Source: Stegostoma tigrinum (lineage: Eukaryota). From it: a stretch of 64,000 bases of DNA. A program made the translations under genes and the position numbers. Under the pieces are notes generated by a model that saw nothing but the letters and a program-made list of their open reading frames with translations, had not been told where the DNA came from and did no database searches. The stretch spans positions 10,603,267 through 10,667,266 of the forward strand of contig NC_081382.1 of NCBI RefSeq assembly GCF_030684315.1, read 5' to 3'. Shown in pieces: positions 37,703 through 50,356 of this stretch. The first letter of the stretch is position 1; each line of letters opens with the position of its first letter.

Positions 37703-39774
37703 CACAATGCCCTTGGAGAGGCAAGGAATAATTAGGGTAGACAGTATGGCTTTGTGCATGGGAAATCACTTCTCACAAACTTGATTGAGTTTTTGTTTGA
37801 ACATGCAACCAAAGAGATTGATGAGGGCGGAGTGGTAGACATTGCCTACATGGATTTTACTTAAGCTTTTGTCAAGATTCTGCATGGTCAAGTAATTAGT
37901 AAACTTAGATTACATGGGATTCAGGGAGAGCTTGCCAATTGTATACAAAATCAGTTTGACAGTAGAAGAAGAGGGGAGGTGCGAAGGGTTGTTTTTCAGA
38001 CCAGAGGCCCATGACCAACAGTGGTCTGCAAGGATTGGTGCTCAATTCATGTTTGTTTGTAATTTATAGAAACAATTTAGATGAGAACTTCGGAGGCATG
38101 TTTAGTAAGTTTGCGGATAATGCCAAGATTTGTGGCTTGGTGGACAGTGAAGAAGATTATCTAAGATTACAAATGGATCTTGCTCTTGGGCCAGTGGGCT
38201 GAGGGATGGCAGATGGAATTTAATTTGAATAAATGTGAGGTATTGCATTTTAATAAAACAATCAAGAGTGGGACTTCTACAAGTAATGATAGGGCCCTGC
38301 CTTGTATTGTCAAACAGAAACACCTATATGTTCATTAGCATGCCTTCATTGCTTTTGCCATTGAGTATAGGAGTTTGGGCATCATGTTGAAGTGGTATAG
38401 GACATTGCTGAGGCCACTTTTGGAGTACTACTGATAGCTCTGGTCACCCTTCTATTGGAAGGATTTTATTAAATTGGGGATGGTTTAACAATAATTTACC
38501 ACGAATTTGCCTGGAATCAGCAGTTTGATTTATAAGCAAAAGCTAGATAGGCTGGGACCTTTTTTGACTGGAGCACAGGGGTTGAGCGTTGACCTTTTTG
38601 AGGTTTATAAATTAACGAGGAGCATAGAAAAGGTAAATCGCAAGGGTCTTTTACCTAGGGTGGGTAAGTTCAAAACTATGGGGCATACTTTTAAGGTTAG
38701 AGGGGAAAGATTTAAAAGGGACCTGAGGAGCAACATTTTCACACGGAGGATGGGTCATTAATGGAATGAACTGCTAGTGGAAGTGATAGATGCAATTTCA
38801 GTTATAACATTTAAAAGATATTTGGTTAGCTGTATGAATAGGAAAGGTTTGAAGGGGTATGGGCTAAATGCATTCAAGTGGGGCCAGTTTAGTTTGGGAA
38901 ACTTGGTCAGCATAGACGACTGGGACGAACGGGTCTGTTTCCATGCTGTATGACTTTATGGCCCTGTAACATATATTTGAAACCAAGCCGACAAACTGTG
39001 TACCTCATGGAAGGAAAAGCATTTTGTTTACAGAAGGATAAAACTACAGAGTTTGTTCTGAAGGTATATTTCAGGCAATGCAGAGGAGAGAAGTTATGCA
39101 TTTTCTCAGTTAATGTGAAGGTCATGCTATTCCAGTATGAAAGAAACAGACTTACTTTTGCAATCTGACTGGAGTTTCTAACCCATATCCTGTTTGTCAC
39201 CACAGCAAACAGCAACCAACTTAATCACCTACCATGAGACATTAGCCACATGTCTTAACTCATCTACTTCTGTAAAATTTGTCGCTTCCAGTTTTGATTT
39301 TTTCTAATGCTTCTCTGATTGCCATGCTGCACCACCTTCCAATGATTTAACTTTATGCAAAACTCTGGTAGCTATATTCCATGCTTCAGTGAATTTTTTA
39401 CCAATCATCCTCCTAAATGATCCAGGTTATCTAAAACTTCATATTTAAACATGTTCTTGTTTCCAGCAATATATCCCAGGAACCTACCACGCTCCTTTCA
39501 CATTCGCTGCCTCCCTTCCCAAACCATCTCCTTTATTGACTCCAACATTTTTACTCTTCCTTTCCCCTCACCTCCTTACCCACAGTTACTGATATTCTCT
39601 CAAGCTACTTGGGCTTCACTCACTGGAATTATTTCTTTTTCTCACCTCCTTCATGATCCTCCTGAAAGCAAAAATCTTTGACCAACATTCTGGTTAGTCT
39701 ATCCAACAAAGACAAAAGTTGCATTTGTTTACCACCATTCATATCCACAACATTCACTTTAGGTTATTTGCTGG

Positions 39775-39910
39775 CATACAGTGCAGTATTGAGAGAATGC
39801 TATACTTACAAAGTTACTGTATTTTAGATGAGACATTAAGCTGGTCTGGTTTCTCAGGTGGATATGAAAGATCCCAAGGCACTATTTTGTAAAATAGCAG
39901 AGGCGAGACC
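39775..39910 (+). mobile_element. Deu-domain SINE fragment
   Basis: gatgagacattaag...ctcaggtggatatgaaagatccca. Confidence 0.55.
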
Positions 39911-40006
39911 TGCAAATGTTGTATCAATGGAGTGTATATGTTCATACTGAAATATTAGATGGGGAGGTTAGGGCACTTATCTATGAAGCAGTTTCCATAC
40001 AGAGGG

Positions 40007-40225
40007 TGAAGTAACTGTGCAGAGGTCACCAAGTACCTTTTATTTACATTTGCAGAGTGTATGGTATTGGTCCAGCTTCCTCAGAGCCAGCACTCAGTGT
40101 GAAAAGAACTTCAGACATTCCTGGTTATATCTGTCAGATAGAGCTCCCTGATTGGACCAGGTTAACAGCCCCTATCAGGGAACTCATATTCTATGAAGCC
40201 CACCTGGCTGACCTCTCTACAATCA
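40007..40225 (-). mobile_element. Solo-LTR-like element
   Basis: Reverse complement of 12635-12866 (ctccctgattggacca, ctcagagccagc); TG...CA ends. Confidence 0.6.
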
Positions 40226-40747
40226 CTGTGAAAGGGTTGGTCTGTAGATAGAAGACAAAACTCTACACTTAGTACTGGGTATTGTGAATAAAGCTATGTG
40301 AAAGTCAAGTCATCTCCTGCTATTTTCCTTTGGTCAGACTGTTATTATCAGATGAATGTTATCCTCTCTATCCTGGCCCAATGTCACACACATGGATTAG
40401 CTGCTCATCCACAGATTTTTAATTATGAGAGCTTGCTTCATGCAAATTGACTGCCGTCTTTTCTATATAATAACTGTTTTGAGTTTGCTTGTCTTTATTC
40501 TGTCAAGGGATGTCCTGGCAAGGCCAACATTTGTTGTCCATCCCAGTCACACTTACAGTGAGTGGCTTGCTCGGCCATTTTCGAGGACCTTTTTGGGATT
40601 GGTGTCACAAAAAAGGCCAAGCCAGATAAGATTTGTCAGCCAGTTGGATTTTTGTTTAAAACAATTGATGATCATTTCATGTGCACTATTATTATGGATA
40701 GCATTATATCCCCGATTTGTTAAGTGAATTCAAATTTCAAAAAGAAG

Positions 40748-41070
40748 TTCCAAAGAAGGGCCACTGGACCTGAAAGGTTAATTCTGCTTTCTCTCCACAC
40801 AGATGCTGCCAGAATTGCTGAGATTTTTCAGAAATTATGTTTTTGTTTTTGATGTCAGAATCTAACTTTTTTTTCAAATTTCATCATGATGTGATTTACA
40901 CTCATGGTTACAGATTACAGGTCTCCAGATTATTAATCTATGCACATTAACACAATGCTTCTGTGCTCCTCTAACAGAAGAGTTATATTGGACTCAAGAT
41001 ATTAACTCGGTTCCTCACTCCACATCTGGTGCCAGAAGCATATGTTTTTCACGCACTTTCTGTTTTTACC
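40748..41070 (+). mobile_element. Two degraded family-2 Penelope pLTR fragments (40748-40862, 40975-41070)
   Basis: aagaagggccactggacctgaaaggttaattc; ctccacacagatgctgccaga. Confidence 0.55.
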
Positions 41071-41404
41071 TTAAATTAATTTAGTGACTACACATTTTGT
41101 TATAAATTTGGTTTGAGATAATGAGTGCTCATGAAAGGCAATATGTTAATAGAAAACTTCTGTTTATTTTTACACCCAAGTGACCGGTCCCACAGGTACC
41201 ATGATTTCATACAGAAATTACTTTGCAATCTGTAACTGTACAATAATATCGGCAGAGACATATCATTAAATTGGAATATGTTTCTGATGTAAACAATCCT
41301 CTGAACCCAGTTTGCACACAAACCTTTTCAAGAATCTTCATCAGCCCTTGTTACCTCACCCAGCGATTTTCTCCTGCATTTTACTTTGATAGTCAGCCAG
41401 CATG

Positions 41405-41855
41405 AGGTGTATAATGTGGAGAGTGAGGTTATCCAGGTTGACCAGAGAGAAAAGCAGAATATTTAGTTTTGAAAGGAGTGCAATTTGTAAATGTTGCTGT
41501 TCAGAAGATCTCTGATGTATCTGCACAAGAAACGCCAGAAGTTAACAGGCAGATACAATAAGTATTAGGAAGACATTTGTCATGTATTATAAATGTAATA
41601 GGAAATCTTGTGTTAATTGGGCAGGGATTTATTGAGAGTATACTTGAAGAACGATGTATAATTGTTTTTCCCCTCCATATTGAAGGAGGGATATACTTGC
41701 ATTCGAGGCAGTTTTCATTAGATTGGTCCCCAGGAAGCAATAGTTGTCTTATGATGAGATACTGAGTAGGTTGGGGTTATATTCTCTTGAGTTTAGTAAA
41801 ATGAAAAGTAATCTATTTGAGATATACAAAAATCTGAAAGGGCTTGGAAGGTAGG
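41405..41855 (+). mobile_element. Highly degraded CR1 ORF2 C-terminal fragment (tail remnant near 42490-42600)
   Basis: GLYSLEFSKMKSNLFEIYKNLKGL readable near 41775-41845. Confidence 0.65.
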
Positions 41856-44229
41856 CACAAGAGTAATGGATAGAATCTTGTATTCCTGGAGTCAGTGAGG
41901 CAGGAAGGACATCAGGTAAGATAGGGACACACCCATTGACTAATATAATCCTACCCTTACCGGTGCAGAAAGACCAAGCTTCCAACTCCTGTATTGGCAT
42001 AATATAGGTGTTAAGGACCACTTAAAGGCATCAGCTTACTGTCACTCATATTAATGCAGTGGGCCCACCAAAATGTGACATGTGCACAATAAAAACAATG
42101 AGTGAGGGCTCCTTGACAGATGGGGTGAGGGAGTTGAGTATCCTCCATCAAAGGTACCCTGTGCTTGATGGAGGCCATGCACATATGAAAAGCAGCTGTT
42201 CATTGGGAATCATTTCTTGATCTTGCTGCCAAACCATCCTGTCGTTGCTTTCAAACATCCTGTGTTCCCCTCTCTCCATGATACCCACATACACCAAAAC
42301 CTTCACAGTTAATTATTTACCTTGACTCTGAATCCCCTTTCATGCAGCAGCAGAACAATTCCAATGGCAGGTACTGCTGATCTCTGATGAGTTGGCACTT
42401 CTTAACAGGCAGGATTTAGCACCCTGGAAATCTATTGCGGGGGAGATTCCTACTTAAGTAATTTATAACAAGGCTAAAGTAGTCAGATATTTAATTGCTC
42501 AGGGATTCAGGAACCTGTAGAGAAAGGCAGGAAGTTGGAGTTAACTCTATTAGATTAACCATGGTTGTATTAATTGGTGCAATTATTCTATCTCTTAGTT
42601 ATGAATGATCATGAGCAGTCAAAACAAGAAAAGGAGGAACTTCCAACAATAATCTCCAAACTAGGACTGGGGCCTGAAACTTTATTTCAGACCCTTATTT
42701 GATTGAAAGTGACCCACTTGCCACTAGGTACCTCCTGTGTGGAGATTCCTGGATGGGGGCATCCCATAATGAAGGAGAACAGGAATCCTCGAATCCAGAA
42801 GCAAACAAAATCTTTGTTGAAACATATGCTATGTCCGTGAAGTAAGTGGCCAGCAGCACAACCAAACAGCTCCTGCTGAAGGGTAAGTATGTAAGGTAGA
42901 TAATGGGGCAGTGCACCAGGTGGGTAAGGTGGGCAGGGTGCCAGGTAGGTGAAGTTAGTAGGTTTCAGATGGTTAGGTTAACAGATGATTGAGGGGTAGG
43001 TTACTAGGTAGATAGGATGCCTAGTGGGCTGAGGACAAGGTGCCAGGTGGATACATGAATGGCAACAGTAGACCAAAGATTCGGGCCAGGGTGGAAGTGG
43101 AAGTGGGAGAAAGTGGGACCGTTGTCAAATCAGGTCAGGAGGGTGGTGTTAGGTCTGACAGTGTTCCGTTGTGAGGACATAGGAGTGTGGTAGGGGTGGG
43201 AGATTATTTGGGTTGAGTTAGTGTCAAATTAGGTGTTCACATTAATAATTACCCAGGAGCCAGATTAAATTTTCAAATCTCTAACCATTCCAGGGTAACT
43301 GTTGTATTTACCTGAGTTGGAGACCTCCAATGTTTTTGACTTTAAGAGGCTTCAATATAGGGTAGGATATGACAAATTTAAAATTTCAACTTTCCCATGG
43401 AATTGGCTGCTTCGAAGATATGACGTAACCCCAAAGCACAATAGTCTGTTTTGCTCGAATACATCAGAATATCTGAATTCTTGAGTTTTGGATGACAACA
43501 GAAAGTGCAAGAGCATATCTCTAATATGACCAATGTCATTTGAGGATCAAAATTAAACTACACCATTTTTTGTATTGCCCCTCTATTTCTCTTGACAATA
43601 TAATACAAATACATGAAATTAATTATGGTTTATTCATGTACCCTTTAAGGATTCTTCTCTTTGGCACACTACATGCACATTTGTTAATCAGTATACTCCC
43701 AATTCACCAATGACAGAAAAATCATGTTGAAAATATTTGAACTATTTCTGTCTTGGTCTTTTTTTTTAATCTTTGACGTGAGGAGATGAAACTTCTAATG
43801 CTTTTACATTCATGATCAGAAAGCGTCCCTGTGCACAAGTAAAGTCTTGAGACAATCTGTTTAAGTAATTTATACTTGTGATCTGCTTCTGATTAGCCAG
43901 TTGGAAGATGCTGTTGTTTGTGATAAATTTAGGACCACAGAGTATTAAAAAAAACTATGATTGATGTTTCTTTTGCAACATATTTCTTGATTAGAAGGGA
44001 AACAGAAACAAATCTCCTTCACTAGTTTTAATCCTTGCCTATAGTATTTTTCTATGAATTACAGAATATTCTCTTCTGTTTTCAACTGAGAAACTGTTGA
44101 CATTTTAACAAGTAACCTCTATTTTCATATCAGCACTGTAAGAAAATACCCCTCAAAAAGCAAGACTATCATGAAGTGTCTCTTAGCGTAAGTTTAGGGA
44201 ACATTTATGTTTGACCTTAGCTTGGTGGC

Positions 44230-44590
44230 AACACACACAACAACTCATGGCATGTTGTAAGATTAAGTGATTGGGGATGGTACATTTAGTCCAATATGAA
44301 GGAAATGCGAAAGTGTCAATGAGACTGTTTTTCAACTGAGATGCTAAGCCAAAGCTTTAGTGAACATCAATGATTATTCCACAGAGATGAACGCTAGGGT
44401 TTCCAAGTATGTATTTAAACTTATGATCCTTAAACAACTAAACAGGTGATTTGGTTGAATTGATTCTGGTGAGACCTCTCTGTGTGTAAATTATGCTGTC
44501 ATGATTTCTACTTCAGAACAGTGACTACATTTCAGAAGTATGTCTTTGGCTGAAGAATGCTTTGGGACATCCAGATATTGTGAAACATGT
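44230..44590 (+). mobile_element. Deu-domain SINE, degraded
   Basis: cagtgactacatttcagaagta...ggctgaagaatgctttgggacatcc. Confidence 0.55.
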
Positions 44591-45182
44591 ATGCCTCATT
44601 TTTTCCTAATGTACGTGAAAAATAAATGAGCTCAGATCCTGGCAACCATGAGGGAGGAAAGAAGATTTCAATTTTGTAGATATAATTGCTTCAAATTTTA
44701 ATCAACAAAACAGTACTCGCACAGAAGTAATGAGAAAATGATGATACATCTTTGCTTGTGAAGGTCCGACTGGCGCATTGGATATCCTTGGGCATTTGTT
44801 TCTGGCTCTTATCTGAATATTGCTGACTGGGTATGCCAGTAGATTCTGATTAAATCAATAAGAACAGAGCAAGCTTGGTTTCTTTTTTTTAAAAAGTTTC
44901 CTTTGTATTATTTACATATTTTCTGTTGACTTTCACTATTCTTCTCCTGAAGGCATTGGCACGATTCTATGGCTGCTGGATGCCCTCTGATACATTGCGT
45001 ACGTAACCATTATGGCTGTATGATTTCTGTCAGCACTTGAATCCACATGGTGGAATTATAGGCATAGTGCTATTTTCAATAGACACGTTCTTTTCCAATT
45101 GGGTTTGTTAAACCATACCAGGATTCTCTGATTTTCCAGTTCGAGAGCCTGAAACCCATTCAGCACTAATTTTTATTTTTTA

Positions 45183-45520
45183 TTTATTCATAGGATGAGG
45201 GCATCAATGGTTAGACCAGTATTTATAGCCCATCTCTATTTGTCCAGAGGGTAGTTAAGAGGGTACCACATTGTTGTTGGTCCAGACTCACACATAGGCT
45301 AGCCCAGATAAGGATGTCAGTTTCCTTCCTTAAAAGACAAATGGGCTTTCCTGGCAATTAACAATGGATTTGTGGTCATCATTAAACTCTCAATTCCAGA
45401 TTTGTATTGAATTCAAATTTAACCATCTACCATGGCAAGATTCAAATCCAGGTCCCCAGAACATTACTTGCATCTCTGAATTAACAGTCAAGCGATAATT
45501 CCAAAAGACCATTGTCTAGC
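45183..45520 (-). mobile_element. SINE family B, full length
   Basis: Colinear with 37058-37702 minus the HE1 insert. Confidence 0.82.
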
Positions 45521-46669
45521 CTAAATGACAAACTAGTTGTTTATATTTGAAAGGTGGTAACACATTTCAGCATCTGTCTCTTTTTTATTCATTTTGCACT
45601 AATTGGTGAATGAATGATGCATTTTGAACTTTGAATTTTGGATGGGTGATGAATTTTAGCCCATTGCTCCTGTGTCAGATCTTTCAAAGATCTATGCCCT
45701 TATTCACACACGAGGCCTTTCACCCTAATTTGAGACATGATTTTTCCCTTTTGGCGCTGAGTTAATTACATTTCGAAACCAAAAGCATTGAATCTGCTTC
45801 CACCATTCTTTCAGAGAGTGTGTTGCAGTTCACAATATCATTATCATCGAGCACCTGTAGATCCCGATATGAATCGCTTGACAAATCATTACCACTCAAT
45901 AGGCAGCTCGGCATCTCTGAAATATTATTTTATCACTTGGAATCTACTCCTGGGGCCATGGTGTAAAAAGGCTTGTTGGGGATAAATGGATTCATGTTAT
46001 AAGGCCAGAAGGATTGTAACAAAATCAATGAGCATCTATTGCAAGGTGGAAATAATCTCACTGTCCAATGCTGTGATGATTACTGAATCAAACAAAATGG
46101 TATTTCATTGCAAGAAATCTGATGTTATGCAACGTTCCAACAACAGATATTTTAAAAGCAATGCAATTCTAATTTTCAAATTGATTCCTGTGACTTCAAA
46201 ATTCTTCCTTCGGTTGAACAGATTTTCCATGTGTGTGCTGAGGGGCTTACAGTAATCCAATACAAAATAAATTGATACATCCTCCTTTTCAAACATGTAC
46301 TAGTATTAACGTAAAAGAAAGCTCTGCCCTCACTGCTTTAAAGGATTGCATAATGGTAGGCCCTGAAACAGCAAGAAAGAGGAAAGAAACAATGTAGTAA
46401 GGATAATGATGGGAACAGATTATTGATACACATTCAGAACAAATCTCAGAATGAAGATCCAAGCAAAGTCAAACTTTATGTTAGTTGCATGTGTTTTAGA
46501 AACTCTATCAGAGTCAATGATTTCTTCTTACTTTCAGGTATTTTTCAATTTCAAGTGGCTGTTTTTCCTTTAGTAGGTATGTTAGGTCAGAAACTTTCTG
46601 ATTTATTATAGGGTCAGATTGCAAATTGATACTTTGCTATGCTACTGAGAGTAATATGAGTGTTGACTG

Positions 46670-46937
46670 GATTAGATTCCCTACAGTGTGGAAACAGGCC
46701 CTTTGGCCCAACAAGTCCACACCACCCCTTGAAGCATCACACCCAGACCCCATTCCCCCATAACTTACACATCCCTGAACACTACGGGCAATTTTAGCAT
46801 GGCCGATCCACCTAACCTGCACATCTTTGGACTGTGGAAGGAAACCGGAGCACCCGGTGGAAACCCACGCAAACACGGGGAGAATGTGCAAACTGCACAC
46901 AGACAGTCGCCCGAGGCTGGGATCAAACCCGGGTCCC
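46670..46937 (-). mobile_element. HE1-type SINE missing the first part of its head
   Basis: Near match to 34087-34352 reverse complement. Confidence 0.9.
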
Positions 46938-47835
46938 TACCATGGCAACCTCTACAAGACATGTCAAACCATCGACATGGACTCTGCTGGCACATATAGG
47001 AACCCAACCCACCGTGTACTTGGTAGATGCAGATGTGACTTGGCCAATGTAGTCTATCTCATATGCCGCAGGCAAGGATGTCCTGAGGCATGGTATATTG
47101 GTGAGACCATGCAGAAGCTATGATAATGGATGAAGGGATACCACATCATGATCACCAGACAGGGGTGATCCCTTCTCATGGGGGATGTTTCAGGGGTCAA
47201 GGACATTCAGCCTCTGATATTTGGGTAAGCACCCTCTCAAATTGAACTTCAAGAATCACAACAACACAAAATTGTTGAGTAGAGGCCGACAACCAAGTTC
47301 CATACCATGATGATGGCCTCAATCATGATCTAGGGTTCATGTTGCACTANNNNNNNNNNNNNNNNNNNNNNNNNNNNNNNNNNNNNNNNNNNNNNNNNNN
47401 NNNNNNNNNNNNNNNNNNNNNNNNNNNNNNNNNNNNNNNNNNNNNNNNNNNNNNNNNNNNNNNNNNNNNNNNNNNNNNNNNNNNTGGATGTAGTTGGAGG
47501 CACTTTCTGTTTTGCTCAAAAAATCTGACCCCAGTTTAAAACATAGATAGATTCTGAGCAAGACCTCACTTAAAATCTAGAAAGGAATCTAGATTTTGCA
47601 ATTTAAACAGTAGCTGCCTTCCTAACCGATTAAAGATTCAACAACAGGCAGCCAGTTTTATGGTTGTTACCTTTCTGCTTATAAACTCTGGGTCTATACC
47701 CTCTCTCACACACAATGCCTCAGGCAAGAACTGAGCTATGACAGCTAATGTTTTCAAATAAACAGTTGGAGTATAACCTGGTGTCATGTGATGATTGACC
47801 TTGTCCACCCCAGCCCAACACCAGCATCTCCACAT
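46938..47835 (+). mobile_element. Penelope-like element family 3: GIY-YIG region and terminal repeat, spanning the assembly gap
   Basis: NVVYLICRRQGCPEAWYIGET in ORF 46827-47123; terminal repeat 47715-47835 matches 16658-16741. Confidence 0.8.
47350..47484. other. Assembly gap (135 N)
   Basis: Run of n. Confidence 1.
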
Positions 47836-49029
47836 CTGTTTTTCTCTCCACGGATGCTACCAGACCTGTCGAGTTTCTTCATCACTTGTTGTTCTTGTTA
47901 CAATGGATGTAACACTTGTTGTCTTCTTGTTATACTTTTAAGACTGACGGGAGCAAACACGAAAAATACAGGCAGCATGGACTAGAAAGTTCCGTGAAAC
48001 GCTAAAGTTTATGCCCCATTTATTTTATTGTATTTTTGCTAAGTCGGTACACATTTATTGAGAAAATTTTGTGCATTTGGACCTATGACTGTACCACTGC
48101 CACATTGATATAAAATAAGAATTATCGATTTTTGAATATCATCAGCCAGTTTACTATTTCAGTTTTTCAGAGACTGGAGTGGTTTCAAAATGAGATCAAG
48201 AATTACCTTAAATAGGCACAGGCATCACCCAATTCATACAGATTGATTTCATGAAATCTGGCCAATATTTACAAAGGAAAGCCTGAGCTGAAATTCACAT
48301 ATTCCTGAAGGGCATCAAAACCAAACAGGGCACATCCTGTGTGGTTTGTAAAGGCCCTTATATGATTTACACCATTATGATAAATTTCACATGTTAGAGA
48401 CAGAACATTGCCTGCAATTATCAAGGCTGGACGCAATGAAACATGTAAGCTGATACTTCAAGTTGTTCTCACTTTGGCAGAAAAAAAATAGGATTTAGAA
48501 TGCAGAATTGAAACAGAACTAACCAATCATGGTACAAAGTGTGGAGCTGGATGAACAGGCCAAGTAGCATCTTAGGAGCACAAGGGTAATAGGTTAAAAT
48601 CAGCATGCCTTTATCCTTTTTTTTCTCAGTGTCTTCAGATAAGAAAAATGCTCTTATTTCACTCCAGAAAGCCTTATGTTTGGCTCATTATTGCTACGCA
48701 AGATAATAGTTCACTATATGTAATGAGACAATGGCACAGCTTCTTGTTAAAGAAGTACTTAAATAATTTTTCTGCTACCAACCAACTGAGAGACTGAGAA
48801 AGGGGAACTGATTTATTACTCCTCATCTGGTAGGAACACTTTCCTTAAAATTATTCTATATTGTGGTACTCAGCAACACCTTCCTGATTTTATATTTCTA
48901 GTAATGCTAATTATTCTAATTTTTACTCAGATTTTCTCTATTGTTATCCCCATGTATCAATTCCTTGATGGATGGTATCACTAGGAAGTCACTAACATCT
49001 TCAATCCAATCAGTATTCCTCAAAAAACA

Positions 49030-49198
49030 AACAGTCTAGGTGGTTTGGCAATGCTAAATTGTCTGGAGTGTTCAGGGATGTGTAGCTTAGGCGGGTTATA
49101 AGGGAATGAGTCTGGGTGGGATGTTCCAAGAGTCGGTGCGGGCTTGTTGTGGCTGAAGGACCTGTTTCCACCTGTTTCCACACTGTAGGGATTCTATG
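49030..49198 (+). mobile_element. HE1-type SINE 3' half
   Basis: atgctaaattgtc...ccacactgtagggattctatg. Confidence 0.8.
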
Positions 49199-49698
49199 TC
49201 CCATATGCATGGAAGCATCAGCACCTACAAGTTCCCTTTCAAGCCACAGAATGGGAGCTATAATCACCATCCCTTCATTTTTGATAGGCCAAAGCCCTGC
49301 ATTATCCCCCTAAAAGCATTGTCACTGTTTTCTAAGCTGTTGATGTTGCAGGCCTTTTCTCTCTGAATGATCTGCTTCTCTCTGAAAAAAATCCTGTACA
49401 CTCTGTTTGACCTTCTGTTTTTCTGCCTCCTGTGCCAAATGCACATCATTACATGACAAAAGTAATTTACTTGCTCTGTCTCATACCACTGTTTCTCATG
49501 CACAGCATGTTCATATTAAAGGTTTTGTAAATTGCCAAAATGTCAAAAACAAAACTTAAGTCAATCCCAGCCATTCATAAAACACAATGAAACTCTGCTA
49601 TGTCCTTCCCTTCTTAACAAACACGAGATAGAAATACAAATCACACTTACAATTATCCATGGTTCTGCTGCAAAGCTAAAAAAAGTGAATGGTGGTAT

Positions 49699-49831
49699 CT
49701 GAAACTGCTTGAGAAACTCAACAGATCTGCCAGCATCTGATGAAGAGATGTTGGACATAAAACATTAACTTTGTTTTCTCCCCACAGATTCTGCCAGACC
49801 TGTTGAGTTTTGCCAGCAATTTGCAGTTTTC
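49699..49831. mobile_element. Fold-back insertion of family-2 pLTR with degenerate hammerhead at 49737
   Basis: aaactcaacagatctg inverted with cagacctgttgagttt; ctgatgaagag...aaaacattaac. Confidence 0.6.
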
Positions 49832-49904
49832 TTACATATGTTTCTGTCCTCTTTAAAACAAATGTTTCCAAATAATAATGTATAATAATAATCAAGTCAT
49901 CTGT

Positions 49905-50090
49905 TGCTTGGTTAGCTGGGCAGCTGGTTACTAATGCCTAACAGCATGAGTCAATTCCCGCACCAGTTGAGATTACCATATAGAAGTCTCTTTCCTGAGA
50001 TTCTCCTTCCCTGAGGTATGGTAATCTTCAAATTAAACTACCAGTAATATCTCTCTAATAGAAAGCAGGGTTATTGCAACTTCACCTTTT
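49905..50090 (+). mobile_element. tRNA-derived SINE (family C)
   Basis: tcaattcccgcaccag B-box-like; ccctgaggtatggtaatcttca. Confidence 0.6.
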
Positions 50091-50164
50091 ATATCACAGT
50101 CTTTCATCATAAATAACAAATTTGCCCTTCATTGTGGCTCTGATTCCTTACAAACAAATGTTTC

Positions 50165-50356
50165 AGAGATAGTAGGAACTGCAGATGTTGGAGAGTCTGA
50201 ATTAACAAGGTGTAGAGCTGGATCAAGACAGCAGGCCAAGCAGCATCAGAGGAGCAGCATTTCTGAAGAAGGGTCTAGGCCCGAAACGTCAGCTTTCTTG
50301 CTCCTCTGATGCTGCTTGGCCTGCTGTGTTCATCCAGCTCTACACCTTGTTATCTC
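50165..50356. mobile_element. Fold-back Penelope mini-insertion with consensus hammerhead
   Basis: Inverted arms (aacaaggtgtagagctggat / atccagctctacaccttgtt); tail on left arm only. Confidence 0.9.
50263..50290 (+). ncRNA. Minimal hammerhead ribozyme motif, best-preserved copy
   Basis: CTGAAGA-A-GGGT(CTAG)GCCC-GAAA-CGTC with palindromic ACGT in place of stem III. Confidence 0.75.

Larger units (their letters stand above)
36230..38955 (+). mobile_element. Degraded CR1/HER1-type LINE ORF2 and 3' UTR, hosting nested SINEs
   Basis: SKFADNAKI in ORF 38011-38202; ORF 38507-38761 (GHTFKVRGERFK); tail gggtctgtttccatgctgtatgact. Confidence 0.88.

Noticed and set aside
47337-47561. ORFs spanning the N run
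   Set aside because: Artefact of the assembly gap
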